From: Candidatus Micrarchaeota archaeon CG10_big_fil_rev_8_21_14_0_10_45_29
GTDB taxonomy: Archaea > Micrarchaeota > Micrarchaeia > Anstonellales > Anstonellaceae
Direction: 5' to 3'
Length of the DNA stretch: 64,000 nucleotides
Assembly (NCBI GenBank): GCA_002778455.1
Contig: PFCD01000012.1
Location: 1,444 to 65,443 of the forward strand
Both the position numbers and the translations under genes were made by a program. Each line of letters begins with the position of its first letter. Position 1 is the first letter of the stretch. Below the pieces are notes generated by a model. That model was not told the DNA's origin. It was given only the letters and a program-made list of their open reading frames with translations, and ran no database searches. Below, piece after piece: positions 33,460 through 43,066 of the stretch.

Positions 33460-33732
33460 ATGGTTTTGGGCAACGGAAATTCAAGGCAAATTCTTATTGA
33501 TAAGGCGGTAGGCGGCAAAAACGGGGGCGAAAACGGAAAGCTTAACTTTTCAACCTGCTCTGCAAAAAAGACGGCATTTCTAAAAATGGCGGACGGGGAG
33601 CTAAAATACGCATGCATCAACCCCCAAGAATGTGAATACAAAAGGAACGCAGTCCTCTCAAAAGATGTGCTTTGCGGATATGGGGACGAGTATGCAAATT
33701 CAAAATCAATAATAAGCAAAGGGCTTTTATAG
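33460..33732 (+). CDS. Hypothetical 90-aa protein, possibly the first cistron of the glnA transcript
   Basis: SD-like GGAAGGTGA precedes the ATG at 33460, and a TATA-like ATTTATAAAT lies at 33416-33425. The stop TAG at 33730-33732 sits inside the glnA SD. No recognisable motif. Four Cys. Confidence 0.35.
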   Translation: MVLGNGNSRQILIDKAVGGKNGGENGKLNFSTCSAKKTAFLKMADGELKYACINPQECEYKRNAVLSKDVLCGYGDEYANSKSIISKGLL

Positions 33733-33741
33733 GTGGGTTTA

Positions 33742-35085
33742 ATGGCAGATGAAATTATCTCAAAGATGAAGCTGGATAATATAAAATTCGTGAATTTGCA
33801 GTTTTCAGACATGATGGGCACTGTGAAAAGCATCACTATTCCCACCTCCAAATTTGCAGATGCGCTGGAAACAGGGCTTTGGTTTGACGGCTCCTCAATT
33901 GAGGGATTTGCCCGCATCTTTGAGAGCGACATGATGCTTCGCCCTGATTTATCCACTTATTCGCAAATTCCATGGATGAATGGAGACGGAAATGTGGCGC
34001 GCGTCATCTGCGACGTTTATACTCCAGACGGAAAGCCCTATGAGAGCGATCCGCGCTATGTGCTAAAAAAAGTATTGGAGGAAGCAAAGCAAATGGGCTA
34101 TGTGTTTAACACCGGCCCCGAGCTTGAATTTTTCCTTTTCAAAAGAGGCGAGGACGGCCAGATAAAAACATCGGCGGATAGGCAAATTTTGCCGCATGAC
34201 AGGGGGCAGTATTTTGATTTGGTGCTGGACGCTGGCTTTGAGGCAAGGCGGGAGATGATGGCAACAGCACTTGCTATGGGCATAGACGTTGAGGCAAGCC
34301 ACCACGAGGTTGCGCCGGGGCAGCATGAGCTTGATTTTAAGTATTCGGACGCGCTCTCAAGCGCTGATAAGGTAATGACTCTCAAATACATAATACGCGC
34401 AATAGCGCAAAGAAAGGGGCTTCATGCCTCTTTTATGCCAAAGCCGATTGCAGGCATAAACGGAAGCGGAATGCATGTGCACCAGTCGCTTTTCAGGGGG
34501 GGAAAAAACGCCTTCTTTGACGCTGATGACAAATACAAATTATCCCCCCCCGCATACCAATTTCTTGCAGGGCAGATGAAGCATGTAAAAGCAATGAGTG
34601 CAATCCTCAACCCAATAGTAAATTCTTACAAGCGCCTTGTGCCCGGCTATGAGGCGGCAACCTATATCTGCTGGGCGCAAAAAAACCGCTCAGCGCTTAT
34701 TCGCGTTCCCAAATATTCGCAAGGAAAAGAGCAGGCAACCCGGCTTGAAATACGCAATCCCGACCCTTCCGCAAACCCTTATTTGGCATTCGCGGTATTG
34801 CTAAAGGCAGGGCTTGAGGGGATAAAGCAAAAGCTTGAGCCCCCCTCCCCTGTTGAGGAAAACGTGTTTGAATTTGACGAGGCAGGGCTTGAGAGCAGGC
34901 ACATAGAGACGTTGCCCTATTCTTTGATGGATTCAATAAAAGCATTGCATAAAGACGCCCTTATCTCATCTGTATTGGGGGACGAGCTTTTGCGAAAATA
35001 CACTCGGGCCAAAACAAAAGAGTGGGACGAATTCAGGCTAAGCGTGAGCGACTGGGAGATAAGGCATTATTTGGAGGATGTCTGA
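33742..35085 (+). CDS. glnA: Glutamine synthetase type I
   Basis: FSDMMGTVKSITIP, GSGMHVHQSLF and NRSALIRVP motifs. Alternative GTG start at 33733. Confidence 0.95.
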   Translation: MADEIISKMKLDNIKFVNLQFSDMMGTVKSITIPTSKFADALETGLWFDGSSIEGFARIFESDMMLRPDLSTYSQIPWMNGDGNVARVICDVYTPDGKPYESDPRYVLKKVLEEAKQMGYVFNTGPELEFFLFKRGEDGQIKTSADRQILPHDRGQYFDLVLDAGFEARREMMATALAMGIDVEASHHEVAPGQHELDFKYSDALSSADKVMTLKYIIRAIAQRKGLHASFMPKPIAGINGSGMHVHQSLFRGGKNAFFDADDKYKLSPPAYQFLAGQMKHVKAMSAILNPIVNSYKRLVPGYEAATYICWAQKNRSALIRVPKYSQGKEQATRLEIRNPDPSANPYLAFAVLLKAGLEGIKQKLEPPSPVEENVFEFDEAGLESRHIETLPYSLMDSIKALHKDALISSVLGDELLRKYTRAKTKEWDEFRLSVSDWEIRHYLEDV

Positions 35086-35110
35086 TTTTTAAGCATTTAA
35101 TCTCAAATTA

Positions 35111-36697
35111 ATGCATATGAGCGAAACCCTCAAAGTGCTTGACCAGCGATGGCGCTCAACATGCAAATCAATACTTGGGCAGGAAGTTGGCGGGCTGCAG
35201 GAGTTTGAAGGATGGCTTAACGAGCGCCTTGAGCCGGGCAGCGTGCACAACTCTATTCTTTCCTCAAAAGATATAACAAGTTCCCCCACTGACTATTGCA
35301 AGGGCGCAAAATGGATTTCATATGATGAAATTGACTTTGCCAAAAAATTCTCTCCTCTTAACATAAATGAAATAAAAGACATTGATTCCATTCTCTCTGC
35401 AATCCAGGAAAGAATTTATTATACAGGCAACCTGTTTTTCGGCAATTGCGGCAATATTGAGAAAAGCTCTAATTTGAACGACAGCTTCTACATATACAAC
35501 GTGCGCCGAAACGGAAATTCCAAATATTTGGCATATGACACAATAGGGCGCCTCTCCGAGGACTGCTTTGGCTGCAATGTGATAGGCGAGTGCCAGGCAA
35601 GCATAAAGTCAAACGTGCACAAAAACAAAAGATGCCTTGAAGTGTGGATGTGCCACGGAAGCGAGCAGTGCTACTACTCTTTCGGGCTTGAGAATTGTGT
35701 TGATTGTATCTTTTGCTTTAACTTAAAATCGCGCAGGCAAAATATAGGCAATTTGCCCCTTGAAAAATCCAAATATTTGCAAATAAAGCAAAAGCTAGTT
35801 AGCGAGATGGCTCAAAAGCTAAAGAAAGAAAAACGGCTTCCCTCTCTTATAGAGCTTATGCAATTTGAGAAGCACAATCCTGCGAAAATTTCTGTGAGCG
35901 CAAAATCTCCAAACGAGCCCATGGATAAAAACGAAATAGAAAAGGCATTTTTGCAAACAACAAAAATGGTCTTCACAAAGCCGCTTGAAGGCGGAATTGA
36001 CTCTTATGCAAAATGGCTGCAAAAGCACACTCACACCGTTGGAAAATGCGTTTCCGCCGCATCCGGAAAAGAGCTTGTGCTTCCGCCCCATGCAAACCAC
36101 CAGTATCTTCCTAAAAACCGCCTTCTCTCCCTTAGAGAAGCGCTGGAGTTCGGGGAGAAAAATTCCATATCCGAAGGGCAGGCACAAAATCTTTCCCTTG
36201 AAAACGCGCACGAAATAATCTCGCCCCTCGCATTTTTTTCTGTGGAAGTATTGCGCGGAATAAACAAAAACAACATAAATAGCACTTATCTTTTTGATTC
36301 CACAAACTCTTATGCCTCCTCTGTAGTGGTATATTCAAAATATATTGGCTACTCTTTCTGGCCAAGAAGCTGCGAATATTTATTCGGAGTGGATTCACCT
36401 TTTGATTCACGCTTCTCGCTAAACATTTACTCATGCACCAACATAACCCGCAGCTTTGAGATTGACTGCTGTGGCTTTTGCTCTGACTCCTACTTTTGCC
36501 ACAACTGCGAGAATCTGGCAGAGGCAATGTTTTGCTTTAACGTGAAAAACATGCGCTATGCCATAGGGAACGCCCAGCTTCCTCCCCCTGATTACAAAAA
36601 AATAAAGGAAATGCTTCTTGAGCAGATGCACGATGAGCTTTCAAAAAAGAAAGAGCTGAAATATGACATTTACAATATTGGATGTATCGGAAAATAA
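35111..36697 (+). CDS. Hypothetical cysteine-rich protein with internal duplication
   Basis: Two related Cys-rich segments, each ending in (I/M)FCFN(L/V)K..R..IGN..LP and followed by a Lys-rich helix. No family recognised. Confidence 0.6.
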   Translation: MHMSETLKVLDQRWRSTCKSILGQEVGGLQEFEGWLNERLEPGSVHNSILSSKDITSSPTDYCKGAKWISYDEIDFAKKFSPLNINEIKDIDSILSAIQERIYYTGNLFFGNCGNIEKSSNLNDSFYIYNVRRNGNSKYLAYDTIGRLSEDCFGCNVIGECQASIKSNVHKNKRCLEVWMCHGSEQCYYSFGLENCVDCIFCFNLKSRRQNIGNLPLEKSKYLQIKQKLVSEMAQKLKKEKRLPSLIELMQFEKHNPAKISVSAKSPNEPMDKNEIEKAFLQTTKMVFTKPLEGGIDSYAKWLQKHTHTVGKCVSAASGKELVLPPHANHQYLPKNRLLSLREALEFGEKNSISEGQAQNLSLENAHEIISPLAFFSVEVLRGINKNNINSTYLFDSTNSYASSVVVYSKYIGYSFWPRSCEYLFGVDSPFDSRFSLNIYSCTNITRSFEIDCCGFCSDSYFCHNCENLAEAMFCFNVKNMRYAIGNAQLPPPDYKKIKEMLLEQMHDELSKKKELKYDIYNIGCIGK

Positions 36698-36703
36698 TCT
36701 GCC

Positions 36704-37174
36704 TCAAATACTCTTTTCATAAAGAATGCAATAAAACCCTTCTGATTCTCCCCTTCCATATTCTTTATAACCGTTTTTATCATACATTTTCTGCGCAGCC
36801 AAATGCCCTATGGCTGTATCCAAAATTATTTTTTTGCATCCAATCTCCGCTGCTTTTTTCTCAAGCCTCAGAAGCATTTCCTGCCCTATGCTTTTTCTTC
36901 TAAAATCAGGATGGACCCTTATTTTTGCTATTTCCGCCGCCTCCCCCTGCCGCCTCATTGCCCCTATGGCAATTATTTTGCCGCCTTTTGAGGCAACCAA
37001 AAATTCCCCGTTTGCAAGAAAATCTCCCTCTATATCTTTCAAAGGATTTTTTGGCTGGGCTGCCCGAATTTCTACCTCTTCGGGCTTCATGCACTCATTT
37101 TCCAGCCTGAGCACGGCTAAAGAATCATTTTTCTCATAGCGCCTTATTTTTATGCCCTCAAGCATTGCCATCAA
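36704..37174 (-). CDS. GNAT-family N-acetyltransferase
   Basis: Acetyl-CoA-binding motif A-like IRVHPDFRRKSIGQEML, 156 aa. Confidence 0.85.
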   Translation of the reverse strand: MMAMLEGIKIRRYEKNDSLAVLRLENECMKPEEVEIRAAQPKNPLKDIEGDFLANGEFLVASKGGKIIAIGAMRRQGEAAEIAKIRVHPDFRRKSIGQEMLLRLEKKAAEIGCKKIILDTAIGHLAAQKMYDKNGYKEYGRGESEGFYCILYEKSI

Positions 37175-37249
37175 AAACCCTTATTTTTGGCGCAAAACAT
37201 GCCTAGCCCATCAAAGCCTTATTTTTCCGCTTGCCAACCGCAGTTTTTT

Positions 37250-37996
37250 CTAATCGCTCTCTATCCTTGGCGCCAAATAATAAACAAGCTTTGCCCCCTC
37301 AACATCATACTCTACTTTTACCGGCGCGTTTGTTTTCAAATTCAGCGCCAGGGGGGAGGCGTCAGGGCACGCTTTTGTAATGTCATCCAAATATTGCAAA
37401 GGAAATGTTGCCTTTGATTCTGCCTTCACAGTCATCTCAATTATCTCCTCAGAATCCTTCTCCTGCTCAGAAACCAAATCAGTGGAATCTCCTTTCACAT
37501 CTATTTTGAAGCCATCCTCTGTCGCATTTAAGCTCACATGGGTTGAGACAAGCGCAGCATCCTTTAGCTGATTTTTAAAATTCGCCCCAAGCATCTTTAT
37601 CACAACATCTGGCTCAACTTTGGGCTCGCGCGAGATGCTTGCAGGCATCTCCAATACCGGCAATTTAAAGGCGCGCCTTTTCTTGCCTGATGAGAATTTT
37701 ACCATTACTTTATTCTCTTCCCTGTAAATTTCAAGCTTTTCATCGCTTCTTGCGCGCGCAAGTATTTTGGATAAATTCTCAAAATTAAGCCCGACTCTCT
37801 CCGGATTTGCCACCTCATACTCCACAAAGGCGCTTTTGGGCATTGAGAAGCATACCATTGATATTTGGGAAGGGTCCATTGCCTTAAGTGTTATTCCTTC
37901 AGCGTCCATTTCCATTGTGCCCTCATCAATCAGGTTAACTATGGCATCAATGGCATGCTTGAATTTTCTTGCGTCCTCAATAACAAAACGAAACAT
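37250..37996 (-). CDS. pcn: DNA polymerase sliding clamp (PCNA)
   Basis: FKHAIDAIVNLIDEGTMEMDAEGITLKAMDPSQISMV N-terminus and typical length (248 aa). Confidence 0.92.
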   Translation of the reverse strand: MFRFVIEDARKFKHAIDAIVNLIDEGTMEMDAEGITLKAMDPSQISMVCFSMPKSAFVEYEVANPERVGLNFENLSKILARARSDEKLEIYREENKVMVKFSSGKKRRAFKLPVLEMPASISREPKVEPDVVIKMLGANFKNQLKDAALVSTHVSLNATEDGFKIDVKGDSTDLVSEQEKDSEEIIEMTVKAESKATFPLQYLDDITKACPDASPLALNLKTNAPVKVEYDVEGAKLVYYLAPRIESD

Positions 37997-38103
37997 AATA
38001 GCTCACCTTTTTCCCACACATAACACTCGTTTATAATTTTTAAGCCTTCTTAAAATATAATTTCCAATAACATATTCTCAGTCAATGTTTTTATGTTAGG
38101 GGG

Positions 38104-38895
38104 GTGGCATATGTGGATACTCAATTGTTGTTCTTAGAGGATAGTTATGCACAAGAGGCGCAAGCCAAAATAATTGAAATCCTTCCCGAAGGCGCTGTAT
38201 TTGACAAAACAATATTTTTTTACACCTCCGGCGGCCAGCCCTGCGATACTGGCACAATAATAAAAAAAGCGGGCGGGGAAAAAGGCAGCATAATAAAAGA
38301 AAATGCGGGGGATGAAAAAAATAATGCAGGCGCAGGGGGAAAAGAATATTTTGTAAAAGAAGTTAGAAAAAAAGACGGGAAAATAATCCATTTTATAGAA
38401 GGCGCGCACGATTTGCAGGAAGGCGATGAAATTTTTGAGAAAATCGACTGGGAAAAAAGATACAAATTAATGAGAATGCACACCGCGGCGCATGTTTTGG
38501 CATCAATAATGTTTAAGCAGGGCAAAATAATGATTACAGGCAACCAGCTGGGGGAGGAGAAAACCCGCTTTGACTTCAACATGCAAAACTATGATACTCA
38601 ATTCATGCAAAAATGCATAGGTGATGCAAACGAGGCATTGTCGCAGGGGCATAAGGTTAAAACATATTCCTTGCCCCGAGAGGAGGCAATGAAAATAGAG
38701 GGGGTTGTAAAATTGGCGGGCGCCCTTCCCCCCTCACTCACCCGCCTAAGAATAGTTGAAATAGGGGAAATAGACGTGCAGGCAGACGGGGGGACGCACG
38801 TTAAAAACACGCGCGAGGTTGGCAAAATAATATTTGAGAAAGGGGAAAACAAGGGAAAAGAGAACAGAAGAATTTACTTTAAGCTAGAAAAATAA
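38104..38895 (+). CDS. alaX: Alanyl-tRNA editing protein AlaX (AlaX-M type), GTG start
   Basis: Zinc-binding editing-domain motifs MHTAAHVL and GGTHV. Contains a Gly/Lys-rich insertion (KKAGGEKGSIIKENAGDEKNNAGAGGKE). Confidence 0.85.
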   Translation: MAYVDTQLLFLEDSYAQEAQAKIIEILPEGAVFDKTIFFYTSGGQPCDTGTIIKKAGGEKGSIIKENAGDEKNNAGAGGKEYFVKEVRKKDGKIIHFIEGAHDLQEGDEIFEKIDWEKRYKLMRMHTAAHVLASIMFKQGKIMITGNQLGEEKTRFDFNMQNYDTQFMQKCIGDANEALSQGHKVKTYSLPREEAMKIEGVVKLAGALPPSLTRLRIVEIGEIDVQADGGTHVKNTREVGKIIFEKGENKGKENRRIYFKLEK

Positions 38896-38904
38896 GCGCA
38901 AAGC

Positions 38905-39543
38905 TTATTCTATCGGCGCAGAATTTATTGATTTTGCACCGGAATTTTCCGCTTCGCCCCTTATCCAAACCCTTATTTTCTTAGGAAGCTTTTCCCAATA
39001 TCCTGCTACAAACAAAAGAGCGCTTGCGAACATAGCCGCGATTCCAGTAGCTGCTCCGGAAAAGCAAATTCCCTCATACATTGCGGCATCACTTGCACCC
39101 TCAACATTTTCCCTGTTTTTCTCATAATTCTTTTCAATATCTCCCTCAATTTCTTTTTTTCTTTTTGCAATGCCTTTTTTTTGCACCTCAATCTCTTTCT
39201 CACCTATCATCGGCTTGTGCCCCATGCTTTCCATTTCCTTTGAAAATTCAGCTGTTGCATGCAGGTTTTTTTGCAAAGAATCAAGTTTTGCAAGCTGGTT
39301 CTCATAGCTCATATTCTTTTTAAAAAACAGGTTTTTCTCAAGCTTATTCTCATAATCCTCTCTCTTGTCATTGTATTTCTTTGTATAGTATCCTCCAACG
39401 CCAATTAGAAGGATGCTGGTTGCCAAAACAGCCGCCCCCGCGCGCCTGCAAAACCTCTGCATGTTGATCACGTTTTTCTTATGCTCTGCCTCAGTTATTT
39501 TTCCCGGATTATTAGATATTGCATTAGAATTAGCATATTTCAT
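38905..39543 (-). CDS. Hypothetical membrane-anchored coiled-coil protein
   Basis: TM (AAVLATSILLIGVGGYY), a long charged coiled region, then a C-terminal TM. The longer start at 39642 would overlap the upstream gene by 25 nt. Confidence 0.5.
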   Translation of the reverse strand: MKYANSNAISNNPGKITEAEHKKNVINMQRFCRRAGAAVLATSILLIGVGGYYTKKYNDKREDYENKLEKNLFFKKNMSYENQLAKLDSLQKNLHATAEFSKEMESMGHKPMIGEKEIEVQKKGIAKRKKEIEGDIEKNYEKNRENVEGASDAAMYEGICFSGAATGIAAMFASALLFVAGYWEKLPKKIRVWIRGEAENSGAKSINSAPIE

Positions 39544-39617
39544 AAAATCACATCTAACAACTATTTGCAATCTTAAATCTTTTAAACGTGCTCTCTGGAA
39601 AAAAGAAGGGCTTTCCC

Positions 39618-40694
39618 TTATTTTACAAAATAAGCGTTGCACCCTGTGCTCTCATCAGGCAACACAAGCACCTGCGGCGCGATAAACAATTTGAAATTTC
39701 CGATAAAGGGCATGCGCAATACGCTTTTTCCAAGCAACTGCCCTTCCCTCACAGGCAAATTGCCCTTCCCATGGGCTTGGCTATAAAACTGAAAATCATA
39801 AACCGCGTTATTGTCCCCTTTCATAAAATACGCCTGCCCGTCGCCTGCCTCAACCGCAAACCTTGCGCGATGCACAATATCTCCCGTAAGGGCATAAATA
39901 TCATTCTCGCCGGGGCGATACACCAGCAAATCCGCATTCTCATCAAATAGAATTTCCTCCCCTTCAAAAATTGTTTTTGTAATGCAGGGGCGAAGCTCAA
40001 TCCTGTTTTCCTTATAATAATATTTTTTGCACAAAGAATACTCAAACTCAAGAGGCCCGTGCGACTCTTTAAATTCCTGCGGGCTTATCCAAAAATTGTT
40101 GCATCTCTCATCCCTGTTTTGCATGCAATAAGAATAAATAGAGCCCTGCACCTCAAAAGTTGAATTTTGGTATGCTATTTGCGCCGTTTGCGCTATGTCT
40201 GCCAATTTTCCCGAATACTGCAAATACTGCGTATTCACATCCGCCCCCTGCAAAATAATCATATCTCCCCTCTCATATGCGGGCAGCATTGAACAGGAAA
40301 CAATCGCGTTTATCGGAGTGGGCGTATTTAGCAAATATCCTGAGCCAAACCACACCACAACCCCTATGAAAATTGCAATAAAAACATCCTTTAGCTCATA
40401 AAAAACCGCCTTTGCAAGCAAGTCGGCATCTATCTCTTTTTTTTCATGGGAATTTTGCCTGTAATTTGAAATTATGCTTGAGCCGGATTCCCAAAGCACG
40501 ATAAATAATATTGTAATTCCTGCCAAAAGCCCGACAGCCGCATTCTTTGTAATTAAAAAAAGGATAAAAAGCGAGAATAAAAGCAAATAATATGCGCGAA
40601 TTTCCCCTGCTAAGGGAATTTTAATGCGGGCGGTAAGAAGCCCGAGGTGCGGCTCATAAGAATTTGCATTTTTTTCATGCGTTTCATGCACCAA
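39618..40694 (-). CDS. Signal peptidase I (S26, Sec11/archaeal type) with extra TM segments and a large insertion
   Basis: Box B SCSMLP (Ser nucleophile), box C RGDMIILQG, box D GDIVHRA (His), box E FMKGDNNAVYD. Confidence 0.8.
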   Translation of the reverse strand: MVHETHEKNANSYEPHLGLLTARIKIPLAGEIRAYYLLLFSLFILFLITKNAAVGLLAGITILFIVLWESGSSIISNYRQNSHEKKEIDADLLAKAVFYELKDVFIAIFIGVVVWFGSGYLLNTPTPINAIVSCSMLPAYERGDMIILQGADVNTQYLQYSGKLADIAQTAQIAYQNSTFEVQGSIYSYCMQNRDERCNNFWISPQEFKESHGPLEFEYSLCKKYYYKENRIELRPCITKTIFEGEEILFDENADLLVYRPGENDIYALTGDIVHRARFAVEAGDGQAYFMKGDNNAVYDFQFYSQAHGKGNLPVREGQLLGKSVLRMPFIGNFKLFIAPQVLVLPDESTGCNAYFVK

Positions 40695-40780
40695 TCAAAA
40701 CACTTCCAAAATATTCTCTGTTTTTCAAAAGCAGGCGGGGCTTTTAAGCCCTTCCCCAAAAAGGGAGAAATAAAAAAATT

Positions 40781-41062
40781 TTATTTTGATTTTTTAGAAG
40801 CCTTTAGCGCGTCCTTGAAATCCTCTGCCTCTTTTCCCACTTTTTCCACGGCGTCAATTAGCATCTCAAGCGCATTCTTTGTTTTTGTGCGCAGCATTAT
40901 TACGGGGTGCCCTATCTGCGGGTGGTCCATCTGCGCGGCGCAAAATTCCACATCCTTGTATTCAAGCAGTATATCTTTGATAGCTCCGGCAAGCCCGATG
41001 TCCTCTCCCTCAATCTGTATCTCAACATAATTTGGCTCTATTTTTATTGGATTTATTTTCAT
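40781..41062 (-). CDS. rpoL: DNA-directed RNA polymerase subunit L (Rpo11)
   Basis: VEIQIEGEDIGLAGAIKDILLEYKDVEFCAAQMDHPQIGHPVIMLRTK is the Rpo11 fold signature. Alternative TTG start at 41080. Confidence 0.88.
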   Translation of the reverse strand: MKINPIKIEPNYVEIQIEGEDIGLAGAIKDILLEYKDVEFCAAQMDHPQIGHPVIMLRTKTKNALEMLIDAVEKVGKEAEDFKDALKASKKSK

Positions 41063-41076
41063 ATGTATACACCTGT

Positions 41077-41643
41077 TCAAGCATTTTGCACCGAAATATA
41101 ATCCGAGGCAATTTTTCTGTTTTCCTTCTTATCATCATTCTCGCATTTGAGCCCTGTGGGCGTCTTGTGAAGCGCGCACCTTTTTCTCGATGATGAATAT
41201 GCCTTCAGGCATCCCAAATCATCCTCATCAGTTGCAAGCTGGCATTCCCCGTTTTTTATTTCCACAATTTTTGCGCGTATAATGTCGCCTATGCTGTATT
41301 CATCGCGAATTTTTCGGGTGTAGCCTTTTTTTATGTTGCTTGCGCGAAGCACAAAATTTACCCCTGTAATCGGAAACCTCGCACTCTCGCCCTCCATTTC
41401 ATGTATGCTCACAATTGCAATCGGGTCTATGATATTTTCAATCCGCCCGATCACCTTCACTCCCAAGCCCGGCTGGCTCACCCGATTCGGGCGGGATACG
41501 CTAAGAGTCCTTCCTTCATCGCTTATTTCTCCCTCCAGTGCGGAGTGGATTGCAGAGCCCTCCACATAAGTGCCTGCGCCTGCAACAAATTCCTCTTCGG
41601 TGCCTATTTCCTCTCCGGGAGAGGCCTTTCTTTTCTTATCCAT
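41077..41643 (-). CDS. csl4: Exosome complex RNA-binding protein Csl4
   Basis: N-terminal domain, S1-like core (GDIIRAKIVEI) and a C-terminal Cys-containing ribbon remnant. Conserved csl4-rpoL linkage. Confidence 0.8.
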   Translation of the reverse strand: MDKKRKASPGEEIGTEEEFVAGAGTYVEGSAIHSALEGEISDEGRTLSVSRPNRVSQPGLGVKVIGRIENIIDPIAIVSIHEMEGESARFPITGVNFVLRASNIKKGYTRKIRDEYSIGDIIRAKIVEIKNGECQLATDEDDLGCLKAYSSSRKRCALHKTPTGLKCENDDKKENRKIASDYISVQNA

Positions 41644-41732
41644 TTTAATCCTCTTAAATTAGAAAATTTGATTTATGCTATAATATATGAGGCGCGCTTG
41701 GGTATTTAAAGGCATATGCCATATTTTTATTT

Positions 41733-42974
41733 ATGATGAAAAAGCCAAAGCTTGTGCTTTGCATAGACAGGGACAACGACCTTTATGAGAAGGCAGGCAT
41801 CTCCGGCCCAATCATAGGAAGGGAGGCAAACCTTAACGCGGCAATCAAGCTTGGCACATCCGACCCTGCAGAAGTTGACACTAACGCAATATTCAAGGCA
41901 ATATCAATATTTGACAGGCTCTCCTCCGCCGAGCACAATGTGCAGGTTGCAACACTGACCGGCTCAAGCGAGCTTGGCTATGCCGCAGATGAGGCGATAA
42001 GCGAGCAGCTTGACAGAATTTTATCAGAGTTTCCCTGCGACTCCTGCATATTTGTCTCGGACGGCGCATCGGACGAGTCCATTTTGCCCATAATTCAATC
42101 CCGCCTGAAAATAGATTCTGTTGAAGTGCTTGTGATGCGCCAGGCGCAGGAGCTTGAAAAAACATATTTTGTTTTGCTTGAAAAGCTAAAAGAGCCCTAT
42201 TATGCGCGCATGCTTTTCGGAGTGCCCGCGGTGCTTCTAATACTGATAGTGCTCTCATCAGTGCTTAACTGGGGCTGGCAGGTGCCAACCGCAATAGTGG
42301 CGGTGTATTTGCTTCTAAAGGCATTTGGAATAGAGGAGATGGCAATAAAGCTTCTCTCATCCTTTAAATTCAGCGTAGAGAAAATTTCACTTGTGCTTTA
42401 TTTGCCAGCATTTTTCCTTATGGCAGTTTCCTTCTGGTCAGGCTACCAGTCATTTATTGTGGCATCCTCAATTCCTTCGCTTAACGGCGCGAAAATAGTC
42501 GCAATGGCATTGCGAAGCTTTCTTTTGCTTTTTCCCTCATCCGTGCTTTTGCTAATTGCGGGAAAAGTAATTGATTTGCTAAATGAGAAAAAAAGCATTG
42601 AGATAATAAAATTCGGGCTGTATGCGGTGTTTACGGTGCTTTTCTGGCTTGTATTCACCTCGGGCGCAAACTGGGTGGTAAATGACTCTGCGCCTTATGT
42701 CTCTTTTGCGGATTTGGTGCTTATACTAATTTCATCCGCAGTAATCGGATTCGCCTCAATTAACATTTTGCAGGAGATAAGGCGCAAGGTGGTTATGCGC
42801 ATGAAGCTCTCCGGAAAAGAAGTATTAAGCTCAGGCGGAAATTATTTGGGCAAGATACTGGGCGTTGACACAAAAAGATGGGCTTTGGCGGTAAAATCCC
42901 CGCTCGGGCAAAAATTCATGGTTGCAATAGACTCGATAGAGAAAGTAGGGGACAAAGTAATAGTAAGCCATTAG
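41733..42974 (+). CDS. DUF373-family archaeal membrane protein
   Basis: Soluble N-terminal domain LVLCIDRDNDLYEKAGISGPIIGREANLNAAIKLGTSDPAEVDTNAIF, followed by ~6 TM helices. Confidence 0.75.
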   Translation: MMKKPKLVLCIDRDNDLYEKAGISGPIIGREANLNAAIKLGTSDPAEVDTNAIFKAISIFDRLSSAEHNVQVATLTGSSELGYAADEAISEQLDRILSEFPCDSCIFVSDGASDESILPIIQSRLKIDSVEVLVMRQAQELEKTYFVLLEKLKEPYYARMLFGVPAVLLILIVLSSVLNWGWQVPTAIVAVYLLLKAFGIEEMAIKLLSSFKFSVEKISLVLYLPAFFLMAVSFWSGYQSFIVASSIPSLNGAKIVAMALRSFLLLFPSSVLLLIAGKVIDLLNEKKSIEIIKFGLYAVFTVLFWLVFTSGANWVVNDSAPYVSFADLVLILISSAVIGFASINILQEIRRKVVMRMKLSGKEVLSSGGNYLGKILGVDTKRWALAVKSPLGQKFMVAIDSIEKVGDKVIVSH

Positions 42975-43066
42975 GAATTTCGGGTTTCTTTTTTGGTTTT
43001 TATTTTTTGAAATGGCCGTATTGTTTTCAGATATGTTTTTATTCATATCAAACCATAGTATAACAC

